Source: an uncultured Hyphomicrobiales bacterium (GTDB lineage Bacteria > Bacteroidota > Ignavibacteria > Kapaibacteriales > Kapaibacteriaceae). Taken from it: a stretch of 64,000 nucleotides of DNA. The stretch is from positions 6,520-70,519 of the forward strand of contig CAYXQJ010000017.1 in assembly GCA_964467455.1 (NCBI GenBank). Reading direction: 5' to 3'. How positions within the stretch are numbered: the stretch's first letter is position 1; each line of letters opens with the position of its first letter. The translations under genes were made by a program, and so were the position numbers. The notes below the pieces were generated by a model. That model had not been told where the DNA came from. It did no database searches and saw only the letters and a list, made by a program, of their open reading frames with translations. Of the stretch, positions 53,282 to 61,762 are shown piece after piece.

Positions 53282-53662
53282 TCAACCGTCGGGGATGATG
53301 ATCTCGGCTGGCTTCTGCCCTGCAATAATCCGCAGGGCCTCGGCCTGCTTCTGCAGCAAATAAGTGATCTCGTGCTGCTTGCGGGCCATCGACTCGAGTT
53401 GTTCGGCCTGATCTTTGTGGAGATTCACAAGCTGGACGGTGGCCGCCGTCTGCGCGGCCAGGTATTGCTTGTGCTCGAGGATCATGCTGTCAACGTGCGG
53501 GCGCACCCAGTACGCGATCGCGACGATGATCAGGCCGCCGACTCCCAGTCGATCGAACAGATAGGCGGCAATGCGGGGAGTGCCGCCAAGGTTTTCAACG
53601 ATCTTGCCGCCCGTGGTTCCGGTGGTGGTGGCAGCGGGAGCGTCAGGTTGAGTCGTGGACAT
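53282..53662 (-). CDS. membrane protein with coiled-coil C-terminus (126 aa)
   Basis: One hydrophobic helix (VGGLIIVAIAYWV) followed by Q/A/L-rich helices. Spanin- or holin-like context. Confidence 0.55.
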   Translation of the reverse strand: MSTTQPDAPAATTTGTTGGKIVENLGGTPRIAAYLFDRLGVGGLIIVAIAYWVRPHVDSMILEHKQYLAAQTAATVQLVNLHKDQAEQLESMARKQHEITYLLQKQAEALRIIAGQKPAEIIIPDG

Positions 53663-54014
53663 TCGCTGGTTCCTCGAGGATGACTGTCAAAAGGATGGCG
53701 AGGACTTGCAGGATTTCCGGCAGGTGATCGACAATCCAATCAAACAGGGCAGCCCAGGGGATAGCGCCCGATTGCTTCTCTGTGAACAGGCCGGACTCGT
53801 GGATGAGTTCGACGCATTCGGCTTCCAGTTCGGCGAGCAGGTTGATCGTGGTACCGGCCCGGGTGCGCCGCTCGGGACGCATGATGGCCGATCGCAGGAG
53901 CTCGTACTGGGCCTGATCGATGACGCCCCGATGCCGGCCAATGAGCGCGGCCATGCGTAGTTGCCGACGAAAGCTATTCGGCAGTTCGATTCGCGGTTGG
54001 GCCGTTGGTGTCAT
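53643..54014 (-). CDS. hypothetical protein with a hydrophobic C-terminus (123 aa)
   Basis: ATG at 54014. C-terminal ILQVLAILLTVIL. Confidence 0.5.
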   Translation of the reverse strand: MTPTAQPRIELPNSFRRQLRMAALIGRHRGVIDQAQYELLRSAIMRPERRTRAGTTINLLAELEAECVELIHESGLFTEKQSGAIPWAALFDWIVDHLPEILQVLAILLTVILEEPANVHDST

Positions 54015-54176
54015 CGGGTGGCTCGAGTCGGTTTTTCTGCTGCTGCTCGATCAAGTGCTCAGCCAGGCGGGCCTCGGCGCGAGTGCGGCGATTGCCTTTG
54101 CGCCCCCGGAAGTGGATGCCTCCGGGGGCGACGTGCTTTCGGTGCCGGCGACGATCTCTGCCCGAGGCCATGGCGA

Positions 54177-54917
54177 TCAGCCGCAGCGGCCGAACAGACA
54201 GCCGCCAAGTCGGCGCAATGGGCGAACGCGATTGAGGAAGCCGGCCGCGCGGCGAAGTGGGCGGACGCGGTTGATAATCCGCCGCGCAGGGCCGCGATCC
54301 ATGAAGCCGCCATGGCCGCCACCACCGCCCGATGAACAGCCACCGCTACCGCAGGAACCGCTCCCGCCACTCGCGCAATCCCCGCCAGATGATTTCCCGT
54401 TGATCCTGCAACCATTCTCGTCGCATGTTCTTGATGGCTGCTTCGCCGCGTTGAAATTCGCCGCTAGTTGCAACTTGGGTTCCGTGATCTCGCCAGGCTT
54501 GTTGATGGCTGGCGCGATCAGGGGCGTGTCGTCCTGGAGATTGACGAACTCCCCCAGACAGTCGGATGGGCAATTTGTGCAGGTGCAGTTCTCGCCACAA
54601 GTACAAGCCGACTGGGCAGCAGCATGGGCCGGTGCCGCGACGTAGCAATGAGGGCAGGCCGTCTTGTGGCCATCGCCGTGCGTGATCGTGCCGGTGCCGT
54701 TGCACTCCTTGCAGTCTTTGCGGAGCACCTTGCCGCCTGGCGTGACGGGTGCGACCGGGGCGGTGTCGCTTTCGTTCACGCCAAGCAGAATCTCGAGCGC
54801 TTCGGAATCGCGGTTCGGAATCGTCATGCCGTTGGCCGTCGAGTCGCAACCGGCAGTGGCAGCCACGGCGAGCGCGCCGGCCGTCCAGAGAGTGAGCGAG
54901 CAGAACAGTCGGTTCAT
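54177..54917 (-). CDS. Cys-rich putative lipoprotein with a DnaJ-type zinc-finger motif (246 aa)
   Basis: Signal peptide plus lipobox-like LAVAATAGC. CKECNGTGTITHGDGHKTACPHC. Gly/Ser/Cys-rich stretch. Repeated basic NRVRPLRR C-terminus. AGGAG upstream. Confidence 0.6.
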   Translation of the reverse strand: MNRLFCSLTLWTAGALAVAATAGCDSTANGMTIPNRDSEALEILLGVNESDTAPVAPVTPGGKVLRKDCKECNGTGTITHGDGHKTACPHCYVAAPAHAAAQSACTCGENCTCTNCPSDCLGEFVNLQDDTPLIAPAINKPGEITEPKLQLAANFNAAKQPSRTCDENGCRINGKSSGGDCASGGSGSCGSGGCSSGGGGGHGGFMDRGPARRIINRVRPLRRAAGFLNRVRPLRRLGGCLFGRCG

Positions 54918-54926
54918 CGAGATCTC

Positions 54927-55976
54927 CTAGTTCAAGAGTGCATCTTCCCCGTAGCCGGGGAGAATCTGTACGGGCCAGCCGTTGAAGTTCGACATGGCCA
55001 CGGCATATCGTCGGCTGATGTCTTCCCAGCGAGCCCAAAACGAGCCGTGGGGGATTTCGTAGTTCGTGCCGTAAATTCGCCGCGGGCCGCTATTCCACTT
55101 GGCCCATGAGTTCTGAATCAGCACGAGGCCGCGAGTCTTATAGAGTTGCTTGATAACGTCGCGGTCATCGACGGCGGTATAGGCCATCGAGTGCGCCCAT
55201 CCACCCGATCGCTTCGAGACGCCGTTTTCGTCGCGCGTGCTCGAGAAGCCTTCACTGCCGCACGAGTTCACGCCATAGCCGTTGTAGAGGGCATCGCGGA
55301 TCGCTTCGAACGAATTGATCTCGGCAGCACCGCGCACGAGGTGCGAACTGAATTCTTTCTGCCAATCATCGGGGGGCTGGCGCGAACCGTAGAGGCATTC
55401 GATGTCGCGCGTGATCTCGGATAGATCGTAGAAGGGGTACTTCTTGCAGACGACTCCGCCAACCTTGTTCACGCTATTGCGGGCTGATGTCGAGCACGAC
55501 CAGCCGTGGCCGTTATAGCCGCGGGTCCAGTAGATCGGCGACGGATGCAGCACGCCGGTGGCAAAGCTCGAGGTTGGTACTTCGGGCGGGCCTTCAAGCT
55601 GTCCGGTCACGGGATCGGGCATACCGGAAGTGAGCTCGCACGCGAGCGTGATGAGCATGGCCTTGGTCTGGCCATGGCTCACACAGGAGCCCACGAACTG
55701 GCGAGTGCCGGGGAAGCACCCTGGCCACAGTTTTTCGGCGTGCAGGAACGACAGCACGAGCTTGCCGGCGCCGCTATCCCCCCAGCCGTTCGCCGTGGCA
55801 ATGTCCTCGAGGGTGTCGGCACCGAACATCTGCCGACAGTCGTGGCGAAGGGCTTCTTCCGATTCCTTGTCGGAACCAGCACCGATCAGTCCGCTCTTAT
55901 ACGCCTTGATTAGATCATCAAGGGTTTCCGGCAAGACTTGCTCGCCCCAGGTTGTGTATTTTTTGCGTGTGGCCAT
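54927..55976 (-). CDS. papain-like (C1-type) cysteine peptidase
   Basis: QFVGSCVSHG (Cys), GGWAHSMAY (His) and LIQNSWAKWN (Asn-Ser-Trp) in papain order. ATG at 55976 in a TGATG overlap. Confidence 0.7.
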   Translation of the reverse strand: MATRKKYTTWGEQVLPETLDDLIKAYKSGLIGAGSDKESEEALRHDCRQMFGADTLEDIATANGWGDSGAGKLVLSFLHAEKLWPGCFPGTRQFVGSCVSHGQTKAMLITLACELTSGMPDPVTGQLEGPPEVPTSSFATGVLHPSPIYWTRGYNGHGWSCSTSARNSVNKVGGVVCKKYPFYDLSEITRDIECLYGSRQPPDDWQKEFSSHLVRGAAEINSFEAIRDALYNGYGVNSCGSEGFSSTRDENGVSKRSGGWAHSMAYTAVDDRDVIKQLYKTRGLVLIQNSWAKWNSGPRRIYGTNYEIPHGSFWARWEDISRRYAVAMSNFNGWPVQILPGYGEDALLN

Positions 55977-56335
55977 CACAACCCCAATCGATCAGCGATC
56001 CGATCAAGCACTCGCTCGAACAGGCTCGGGATCCGCGAGGCAGCCAGCACGTCGCGAGCCCGCACGTCGTAGCCGCCAACCTTCCGCAAGATGTGCGCGG
56101 CAACTTCTTCGGGCGCGATGTTCACCAGTTGGCCATCCATCGCGTGCATGATGGAATCGCTCGAGCGCCACATGATTCGGCGTGCGACACGACGGGCCGC
56201 CGCGCGATGCCAGAACCGCTCGCGCCGGCACCACGGCAATCGCTTCCGACGATCCCAATCGAGCGGGAAGAAAAACCACCGCTCACGGGTGTCAGCCAGC
56301 AACAGTCGGATTTGACGCAGGCGATTCCCGATCAT
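55976..56335 (-). CDS. hypothetical Arg/Trp-rich protein (119 aa)
   Basis: ATGA overlap at 56332-56335 (MIGNRLRQIRL). Confidence 0.5.
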   Translation of the reverse strand: MIGNRLRQIRLLLADTRERWFFFPLDWDRRKRLPWCRRERFWHRAAARRVARRIMWRSSDSIMHAMDGQLVNIAPEEVAAHILRKVGGYDVRARDVLAASRIPSLFERVLDRIADRLGL

Positions 56336-56853
56336 GGTTTCGTCGCCTCCTTCGCTGCCCAGGCGATCGCGCGATAGCACGCCACCACCTTCGACCGCTT
56401 GGTGGCATCCATCGGCGTCGGCTGGTTCGGGCCCAGTTGCGACTCGAGGAACGCCTTCACGATGGGCAGCGTGCCGGGCGTGCCGATCTTGCCGCCGTTG
56501 ATGAGGGCGGCGCGCTCGGTGGTTTGGAAAACGCTGGCCGTGGTCGGCACGAGGGCCGGATTCCGCTCGATGAAGTTGGCGAGCGCCGCGTAGGTGCCGG
56601 CAACATCCGCAGCCTCGGCCGGGTTCGCCTTAAGGTGCGCGGTGAGCGGGGCGACTAGTGCCTTCAAGTCGGCCGCCGGTTCGGGGAAGCGATTCTCCAC
56701 TGGCACCGTCGGCGCGGGTGGCGTCGGCCGCAGCCAGTCGGGGATGCTCGGGATCTTCAAGCCACCACCGCCACCGGCAGCGAATAGGAAGTACGCCGCG
56801 GCAACCACCGCCATCAGCCCCAGCATCGGACTTGATTTCTGGGTGGTGCTCAT
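56332..56853 (-). CDS. N-terminally membrane-anchored protein (173 aa)
   Basis: MLGLMAVVAAAYFLFAAGGGG anchor. ATGA overlap at 56850-56853. Confidence 0.55.
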   Translation of the reverse strand: MSTTQKSSPMLGLMAVVAAAYFLFAAGGGGGLKIPSIPDWLRPTPPAPTVPVENRFPEPAADLKALVAPLTAHLKANPAEAADVAGTYAALANFIERNPALVPTTASVFQTTERAALINGGKIGTPGTLPIVKAFLESQLGPNQPTPMDATKRSKVVACYRAIAWAAKEATKP

Positions 56854-57176
56854 ACGGCCTCCGGGGCGGCCTGGTGCGGCGGATGCTCGGTGAGATGGGG
56901 CAGCACGAGATCGGTGAGCGCCTTCTGCCCGTCAATGCAGCCCTGCTTCGCCAGCCGTTTGTAGATCGCGAGCCAATAGGCCTGCAGTTCGTCGTCGGTG
57001 GACTCGCGCCCCTCGCTGGTGGCGGTGTTCACGAGCGCGCCGTCGGCCGCCTTGCTAGCCAGCGACTTCAAGCCCGACACGGCCATCGACACGAAGCCGG
57101 CGAGTTGCCCGCGGAACGACCAGGCCGCAATGGCGGCGAAGATCAGGCCAAAGATGGTGGTGACGTTCGGCGTCAT
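56850..57176 (-). CDS. small membrane protein, holin candidate (108 aa)
   Basis: TTIFGLIFAAIAAWSF and LAGFVSMAVSGL hydrophobic segments. ATGA overlap at 57173-57176. Confidence 0.5.
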   Translation of the reverse strand: MTPNVTTIFGLIFAAIAAWSFRGQLAGFVSMAVSGLKSLASKAADGALVNTATSEGRESTDDELQAYWLAIYKRLAKQGCIDGQKALTDLVLPHLTEHPPHQAAPEAV

Positions 57177-57640
57177 GGGCCGGCGGCTCCCGTGTTGGGG
57201 GCAGGCGCCGGGGCCGGGATCGGCTGGGGGGCCGGTGCCGGCGCTGGTGCAGGCGACGGGGTGAACCCGCCGATGCCCAGGTTCTTGAAGCGGGTGACGG
57301 CCGAGCGGATCAAGCCGTCGGCGACATAGTGCAGGGCACTGCCGAGCGCCGGATCGACGATCGATCGCTCGATGAAGTCTGGCACCCGCGGAATGTCCAG
57401 CGGCGCGATGACGCTGGCGTAGAGGTGATCGACGGCCTCGAGCACGGCGGCGTGCTTTTGCTCGCCGGTGGTGCCGGCCACGGTTTGGGCGGCCAGAACC
57501 AGTCCGTCAACAGCCGACGAGCCGATTTCAATGATCTCGGCAATCGTGATTTTGCCGTCGGCCGTGACGGCGCGCGACTTGGTGATCAGATCGGCGACCG
57601 TGACCTCAAGAACTTCGGCCAACGTAGGGGTAGGCGACAT
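57173..57640 (-). CDS. hypothetical protein with (PA)n tail (155 aa)
   Basis: ATG at 57640 with GGAGGG 6 nt upstream. First gene after the structured leader. Confidence 0.55.
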   Translation of the reverse strand: MSPTPTLAEVLEVTVADLITKSRAVTADGKITIAEIIEIGSSAVDGLVLAAQTVAGTTGEQKHAAVLEAVDHLYASVIAPLDIPRVPDFIERSIVDPALGSALHYVADGLIRSAVTRFKNLGIGGFTPSPAPAPAPAPQPIPAPAPAPNTGAAGP

Positions 57641-57641
57641 T

Positions 57642-57717
57642 GATGACCCTCCGCTCGAGCGCGTGGAAACGCGCGTAAGAGTTCGGCCTTATTGGCCGCG
57701 AGCGAAGGAGGGTCATC
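57642..57717 (-). promoter_or_regulatory. SD-sequestering helix in the leader of 57173..57640
   Basis: Perfect 11-bp complement GATGACCCTCC (57642-57652) / GGAGGGTCATC (57707-57717). On the mRNA the 3' arm is the SD GGAGGG. Inner hairpins GCGCGT-ggaa-ACGCGC and GGCC-ttatt-GGCC. Confidence 0.6.
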
Positions 57718-57772
57718 CCCCTTGTGCTGCGAGAATGGTAGGGCATGCAGGCCAGTCTTGGCAATGGGGAAA

Positions 57773-58015
57773 TTACCCCAGGTGGGGATTTGGTGGCGGC
57801 TGGGCAGTTGATTCCGGCGGAACCGTGTCCACTCGCACGGCAGTCGGCTCCCCCTTTACTCGCCGCACCCGGACGGCACGGTTGGCCTCGATCGCGAGCC
57901 GCACCTGGCTCGAACCTACCTGCCCGACATGAATGCGAACGGTGTGGGCGTCAGGAGTCCCCTCACCAACCGTGAATTCGACGATCTCGCCATAGCGGCG
58001 TTCGATGACGTACAA
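57773..58015 (-). CDS. CsrA-like RNA-binding protein, second copy (80 aa)
   Basis: TTG at 58015-58013 with GGAGG 7 nt upstream gives MYVIERRYGEIVEF...HTVRIHVGQVGSSQVRLAIEANRAVRVRRV, collinear with CsrA. The tracked ORF starts 32 codons earlier. Confidence 0.6.
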   Translation of the reverse strand: MYVIERRYGEIVEFTVGEGTPDAHTVRIHVGQVGSSQVRLAIEANRAVRVRRVKGEPTAVRVDTVPPESTAQPPPNPHLG

Positions 58016-58498
58016 CCCAGGGCCTCCAAAATGCCCAGCATCGCGAGGGCATCGTGCCCGGGTGGCTTCCGTGAGGAGTCGGCCGGCTTCTATTACACTG
58101 CCGGCGACCATGAAATAAGGACTTAAGTTCTGTTTTACAAGGCATTACACCCGACTGTAATGATGCAAGTGGTTTGATGGTATCAACTTGCGTCAAAAAA
58201 TGGCCCCTCATTACACCTTACAGTTCCAGAGAGGCATATATATATACCCCCCTCCCCATACTGACATTTGTTCACCTACTGTACTGATGTACTAATGGGG
58301 GAACTTGTCTATATATGTGTGTTCTCTGTAATAGTGTAATACCTACTACTACTTACTTACTTACTACTTACTACTTACTACTAACTACTACTACTACTAC
58401 TACTTATATCTACTGCCATCGCCACAAGTCGGATTACAAAGATGCGCAATGGTGGTGTAATGGGGTGTAATCGGAAGACAGGAGGCATGGGCAGTCAG
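58016..58498. promoter_or_regulatory. AT-rich repeat-rich intergenic region (candidate origin and/or promoter region)
   Basis: CATTACACC at 58143 and 58209, facing GGTGTAAT(G/C) at 58454 and 58464 and GTGTAAT at 58334. ATATATATATA at about 58236. Microsatellite at 58343-58406. Confidence 0.55.
58343..58406. repeat. (TAC)n/(TACT)n microsatellite
   Basis: ctactactacttacttacttactacttactacttactactaactactactactactactta. Confidence 0.9.
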
Positions 58499-61285
58499 CT
58501 AGTAGGAGTCGATTTCTGTGTGAACGATGGGGGATTTGGTCTCCCCAATCAACGCATCGATCGACGCCTGCGGGATCGTGATGCCCCTGGCTGCGTGCGA
58601 GAGTGCCGTCACGGTTCGCTTCGCCCCTTTGATACGCAGGAGGATTTGGGAGATGTCCTGCTCGGCGTATGGGGTGCGCGACAGGAGCTCGCGGCGAATG
58701 CTGCCGTGAGAGAAGAACATTGCCGGGGGATCGAGGTGATCCATGATCCGAATGCCGTTCGAACGAAGTATCTGATCCCTGGCGCCAACATCGCCCGTGT
58801 TGGTTGGCATGGCCGCCCCGCTAATGACGTCGCTGATTGTCACCTTCTTCCCACCCGGCATGATGATTGTGGTTTCGTAGATCGTACGCATTAGCCGCTC
58901 CTCGTCGCTCTCCTCTTGAGCGGACAGATCGCGCTCCCCCAGCCACAGCCGCAGGTTGCCGGTCGTCTCCTCGAGCGTCATGCCATACGCACAGCCGATC
59001 AGCGAGGCGGGTGCCGAGAAGGATTCCACGATCCGGCGATCTGTGGCCAAAGGTACCTGGCGGATCTTGTCGGCCATTTCGATCGCTTTGGGGGCGTTCC
59101 GGATGGCCACGGCGAGTAGCTTCTGCCCCAAAGCTGTCAGTTCAGCCTTGGGTGGCAGGGTAAGCTTCGAAGGGCTGCCTGGGGGCAGGTTCTCGAGATC
59201 GAGCATGATGAACCGGTTCCGGTCGGCAGCGGCATGCAGGCCGAGTTCGATGGCCCCCACCCAGGCGATATGCTGCAGGCCGAAGCTGATGCCCCGCTGG
59301 TTCGACGTCCCGCGGAGCGACTTGCCGCCGCGGCCGGCCGTGCGGAGCATGTTGAGAATGCCTACCCGGTGCTTGTCGTCTTCGAACTCGTCCGTCAGGA
59401 TCACCTTGGCCGTGTTCCGGATGGCGTGGCGAATGCCGGCTTCGGTGGACTTCGAGTTGAAGCAGGCCAGTTTGCCGAACATCACCTGCAGGCAGTCCTC
59501 GAGCAGCATGCTCTTGCCCGATCCGGACGTTCCGGTGACGCCGACTTGCGGCCGCCAGCCCCACAGTGTTTGAACCCAGGTGGCCATTACGAGGCCGGCG
59601 ATGAGGCTCGGGTTGCTCGGATGGCGCCAGTTGTCCCAGCGGCCGAACAACTGGGTGGCTTCTTCCGCGACGGTCTCGCACCACCCCGGGGACGCCGCGA
59701 GCTGCAGTAGGCTCGCCAGGTGGGCATGGTCGTACCATGGCTCGGCAGCAAAATCGACACGGCGCCCGTGCACAGCCGGCGCTGAAAACCGCTCGAGCGT
59801 CTTGCCGTCCCACACGTCGCACGACTTATGGCCGACGAGCACGGTGTCCTCTTTGACGTGCCACACCCCAGCCCCGATGGCCGGCTCTCGATCGAGGAAC
59901 TCCCGGCCGCAGAGATCGGCCAGGGCCGTGCGAACGTCGTCGATGTGGAACTTCCCGTTGCCAGCCTCCTCGCCGCGCTTAAGGATGAATCGATCGACGA
60001 GCTCGTTCCCCATGTCGCGCACGGCGTGCACGTACGTGTAGTGCTGCGGATCCTTGATGCGCGACTTCTTGCACAGGGCCTCGGAATAGATCTCGAGATC
60101 GCCGGTGTCTTCGAACTGCCCGGTGGCGATCACCTTGAGGCACTGCAGGATGGCCTCGTGCTTGCTGAGCTTCTGGCTTTCGTCGTCGATGGCGATGGCC
60201 TCGGTGGCGTCCGCCAGCGCGAGCAAGTCCTTAAAAGTGCGCCGTTCCCCCTCTATTTCCTCCCCGAAATAATCCCGGATATCCTTGCCGTGCTTCGGCT
60301 CGATGGGGTACGGCAGTTGGATGTTCTTCACCGCCGCAGCCACGTTGATCACGGCCTGCACCCACACCTTCGCGGCTGCCTGGCCCGGCTCGTCGGCGTC
60401 CATGCAGATGTAGACTTGCTTGCCGGCGAAGTGCTGGATCCATTCCGGCCGCGGGTGGTAGCTACAACTGCCTGTGGTGATGACGACATGATCGGTGTCG
60501 AGCCATTCGGGGATCATCGTCTGCATGGTGAGCATGTCTGGCAGACCCTCGCAGATCCAGACGACTCGAGCATTCTGCAGGTGCTTCAAGGCGTGGACGT
60601 TCATCATCCCGGGGGGCAGGCCGGGTGTGACCAGGGTGATCGTCTTGAGCGGTTCGCTGTCCTTCCCCTTGCCCTGGTATTTCAGCACGCTCTCGCCCGT
60701 GCTGTTTACTCCTTGGTAGCTATGCACGTCGCCGTCCAGTAGCTTTTCGCCGAACGACGGGAAGACGATGAGGGCCTGTTGTCGATCGTGCGGGGCATTG
60801 GCCGGGTAGTGGGCCCCAGTACCACCGCACTTGAGGATCGCGGCGGCTTTGATCGGCGGCTTCTTGGCCGCGTAGCCGACGAGCATGCCAGGCGAGGCCG
60901 GGAATAGCGTAACCTTGTCGGTGGCCACACTGTCGGCCGACTTCGGCAGTTCGAACTTGAGATCGGCTGCGAATTTCCGGCGCGCGTCACGCCAGGTCGG
61001 GCCGTAGCCGCCGACGTTCTTTGCCGCGAACTCGAAGATCGACTGGCTAACGGCATCGCCGCCGAAGTCTTTGTAGCGGCCGCGCAGCCCGTCACCGCCG
61101 ACGTTGATCGCCGCCGAGGGGTTGCTGTCCTCGCGGCCGTAGGCGTGGCACTTTAGCCAGCCGGAAATGTTCGGCGTGCCGTTGCGATCGAATCGCACGC
61201 CGGCCGAGGCGTAGAAGTCTTCGATATTGGTAAGGGCAAGAAGCTCCCGATGGGCCTCATGCCATTGTGTCTTTACGTCAGCCAT
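58499..61285 (-). CDS. bifunctional DNA primase / SF3 helicase (TOPRIM plus P4/D5-type ATPase)
   Basis: KCHAYGREDSNPSAAIN (primase zinc-finger-like), TOPRIM VWICEGLPDMLT and YICMDADEPGQAAA, Walker A GTSGSGKS, Walker B VILTDEFED. Confidence 0.85.
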   Translation of the reverse strand: MADVKTQWHEAHRELLALTNIEDFYASAGVRFDRNGTPNISGWLKCHAYGREDSNPSAAINVGGDGLRGRYKDFGGDAVSQSIFEFAAKNVGGYGPTWRDARRKFAADLKFELPKSADSVATDKVTLFPASPGMLVGYAAKKPPIKAAAILKCGGTGAHYPANAPHDRQQALIVFPSFGEKLLDGDVHSYQGVNSTGESVLKYQGKGKDSEPLKTITLVTPGLPPGMMNVHALKHLQNARVVWICEGLPDMLTMQTMIPEWLDTDHVVITTGSCSYHPRPEWIQHFAGKQVYICMDADEPGQAAAKVWVQAVINVAAAVKNIQLPYPIEPKHGKDIRDYFGEEIEGERRTFKDLLALADATEAIAIDDESQKLSKHEAILQCLKVIATGQFEDTGDLEIYSEALCKKSRIKDPQHYTYVHAVRDMGNELVDRFILKRGEEAGNGKFHIDDVRTALADLCGREFLDREPAIGAGVWHVKEDTVLVGHKSCDVWDGKTLERFSAPAVHGRRVDFAAEPWYDHAHLASLLQLAASPGWCETVAEEATQLFGRWDNWRHPSNPSLIAGLVMATWVQTLWGWRPQVGVTGTSGSGKSMLLEDCLQVMFGKLACFNSKSTEAGIRHAIRNTAKVILTDEFEDDKHRVGILNMLRTAGRGGKSLRGTSNQRGISFGLQHIAWVGAIELGLHAAADRNRFIMLDLENLPPGSPSKLTLPPKAELTALGQKLLAVAIRNAPKAIEMADKIRQVPLATDRRIVESFSAPASLIGCAYGMTLEETTGNLRLWLGERDLSAQEESDEERLMRTIYETTIIMPGGKKVTISDVISGAAMPTNTGDVGARDQILRSNGIRIMDHLDPPAMFFSHGSIRRELLSRTPYAEQDISQILLRIKGAKRTVTALSHAARGITIPQASIDALIGETKSPIVHTEIDSY

Positions 61286-61333
61286 GACGACTTTCTGGTT
61301 TCAGGTGGTGGTGCCCAGGGTGGTGTTCATCGA

Positions 61334-61762
61334 TCAGCAATCAAACCAAAACACGAACCTGATCGCATCAATATCCTTGTCCTCAGTCGCGTAATGCGGC
61401 GGGTTGCCGAAGACGTAGCCGACAACATCCTCGAGTCCGAGCGGCATGCGGGTGCCACTGTCGTTCTCGTACAGGTGCATCCCAACCCACTCGTCGAGAA
61501 GTTTCAATTCATCGCCTTCGATGTATCCGACTGAATGCCCGAAGGTGCGGTTGAAGTTGTATCGAGTCAGCGTTGTCACGTCGTCAGGCAGGCCACGGCC
61601 CATCTGAATTGGCCCTTCTGGGCGATCTCGCTCCTCGCCGCGCACGCCGGCCAGGGCGTAGAACAGGCCGTAGTGCTGCATGACGGAAGGGTGCGAGTAG
61701 TGGTGCCACTGATCGTCGCCGGCAAGTTTGATTTCGATATGCAGATCGATGTCGGTACTCAT
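61334..61762 (-). CDS. hypothetical protein (142 aa)
   Basis: ATGA overlap at 61759-61762 (MSTDIDLHIEIK). Confidence 0.55.
   Translation of the reverse strand: MSTDIDLHIEIKLAGDDQWHHYSHPSVMQHYGLFYALAGVRGEERDRPEGPIQMGRGLPDDVTTLTRYNFNRTFGHSVGYIEGDELKLLDEWVGMHLYENDSGTRMPLGLEDVVGYVFGNPPHYATEDKDIDAIRFVFWFDC

Noticed and set aside
57773-58111. The 112-aa version of the second CsrA-like gene
   Set aside because: The TTG at 58015 with a well-spaced GGAGG gives a CsrA-sized protein that begins at the conserved N-terminal strand. The longer form cannot be excluded.
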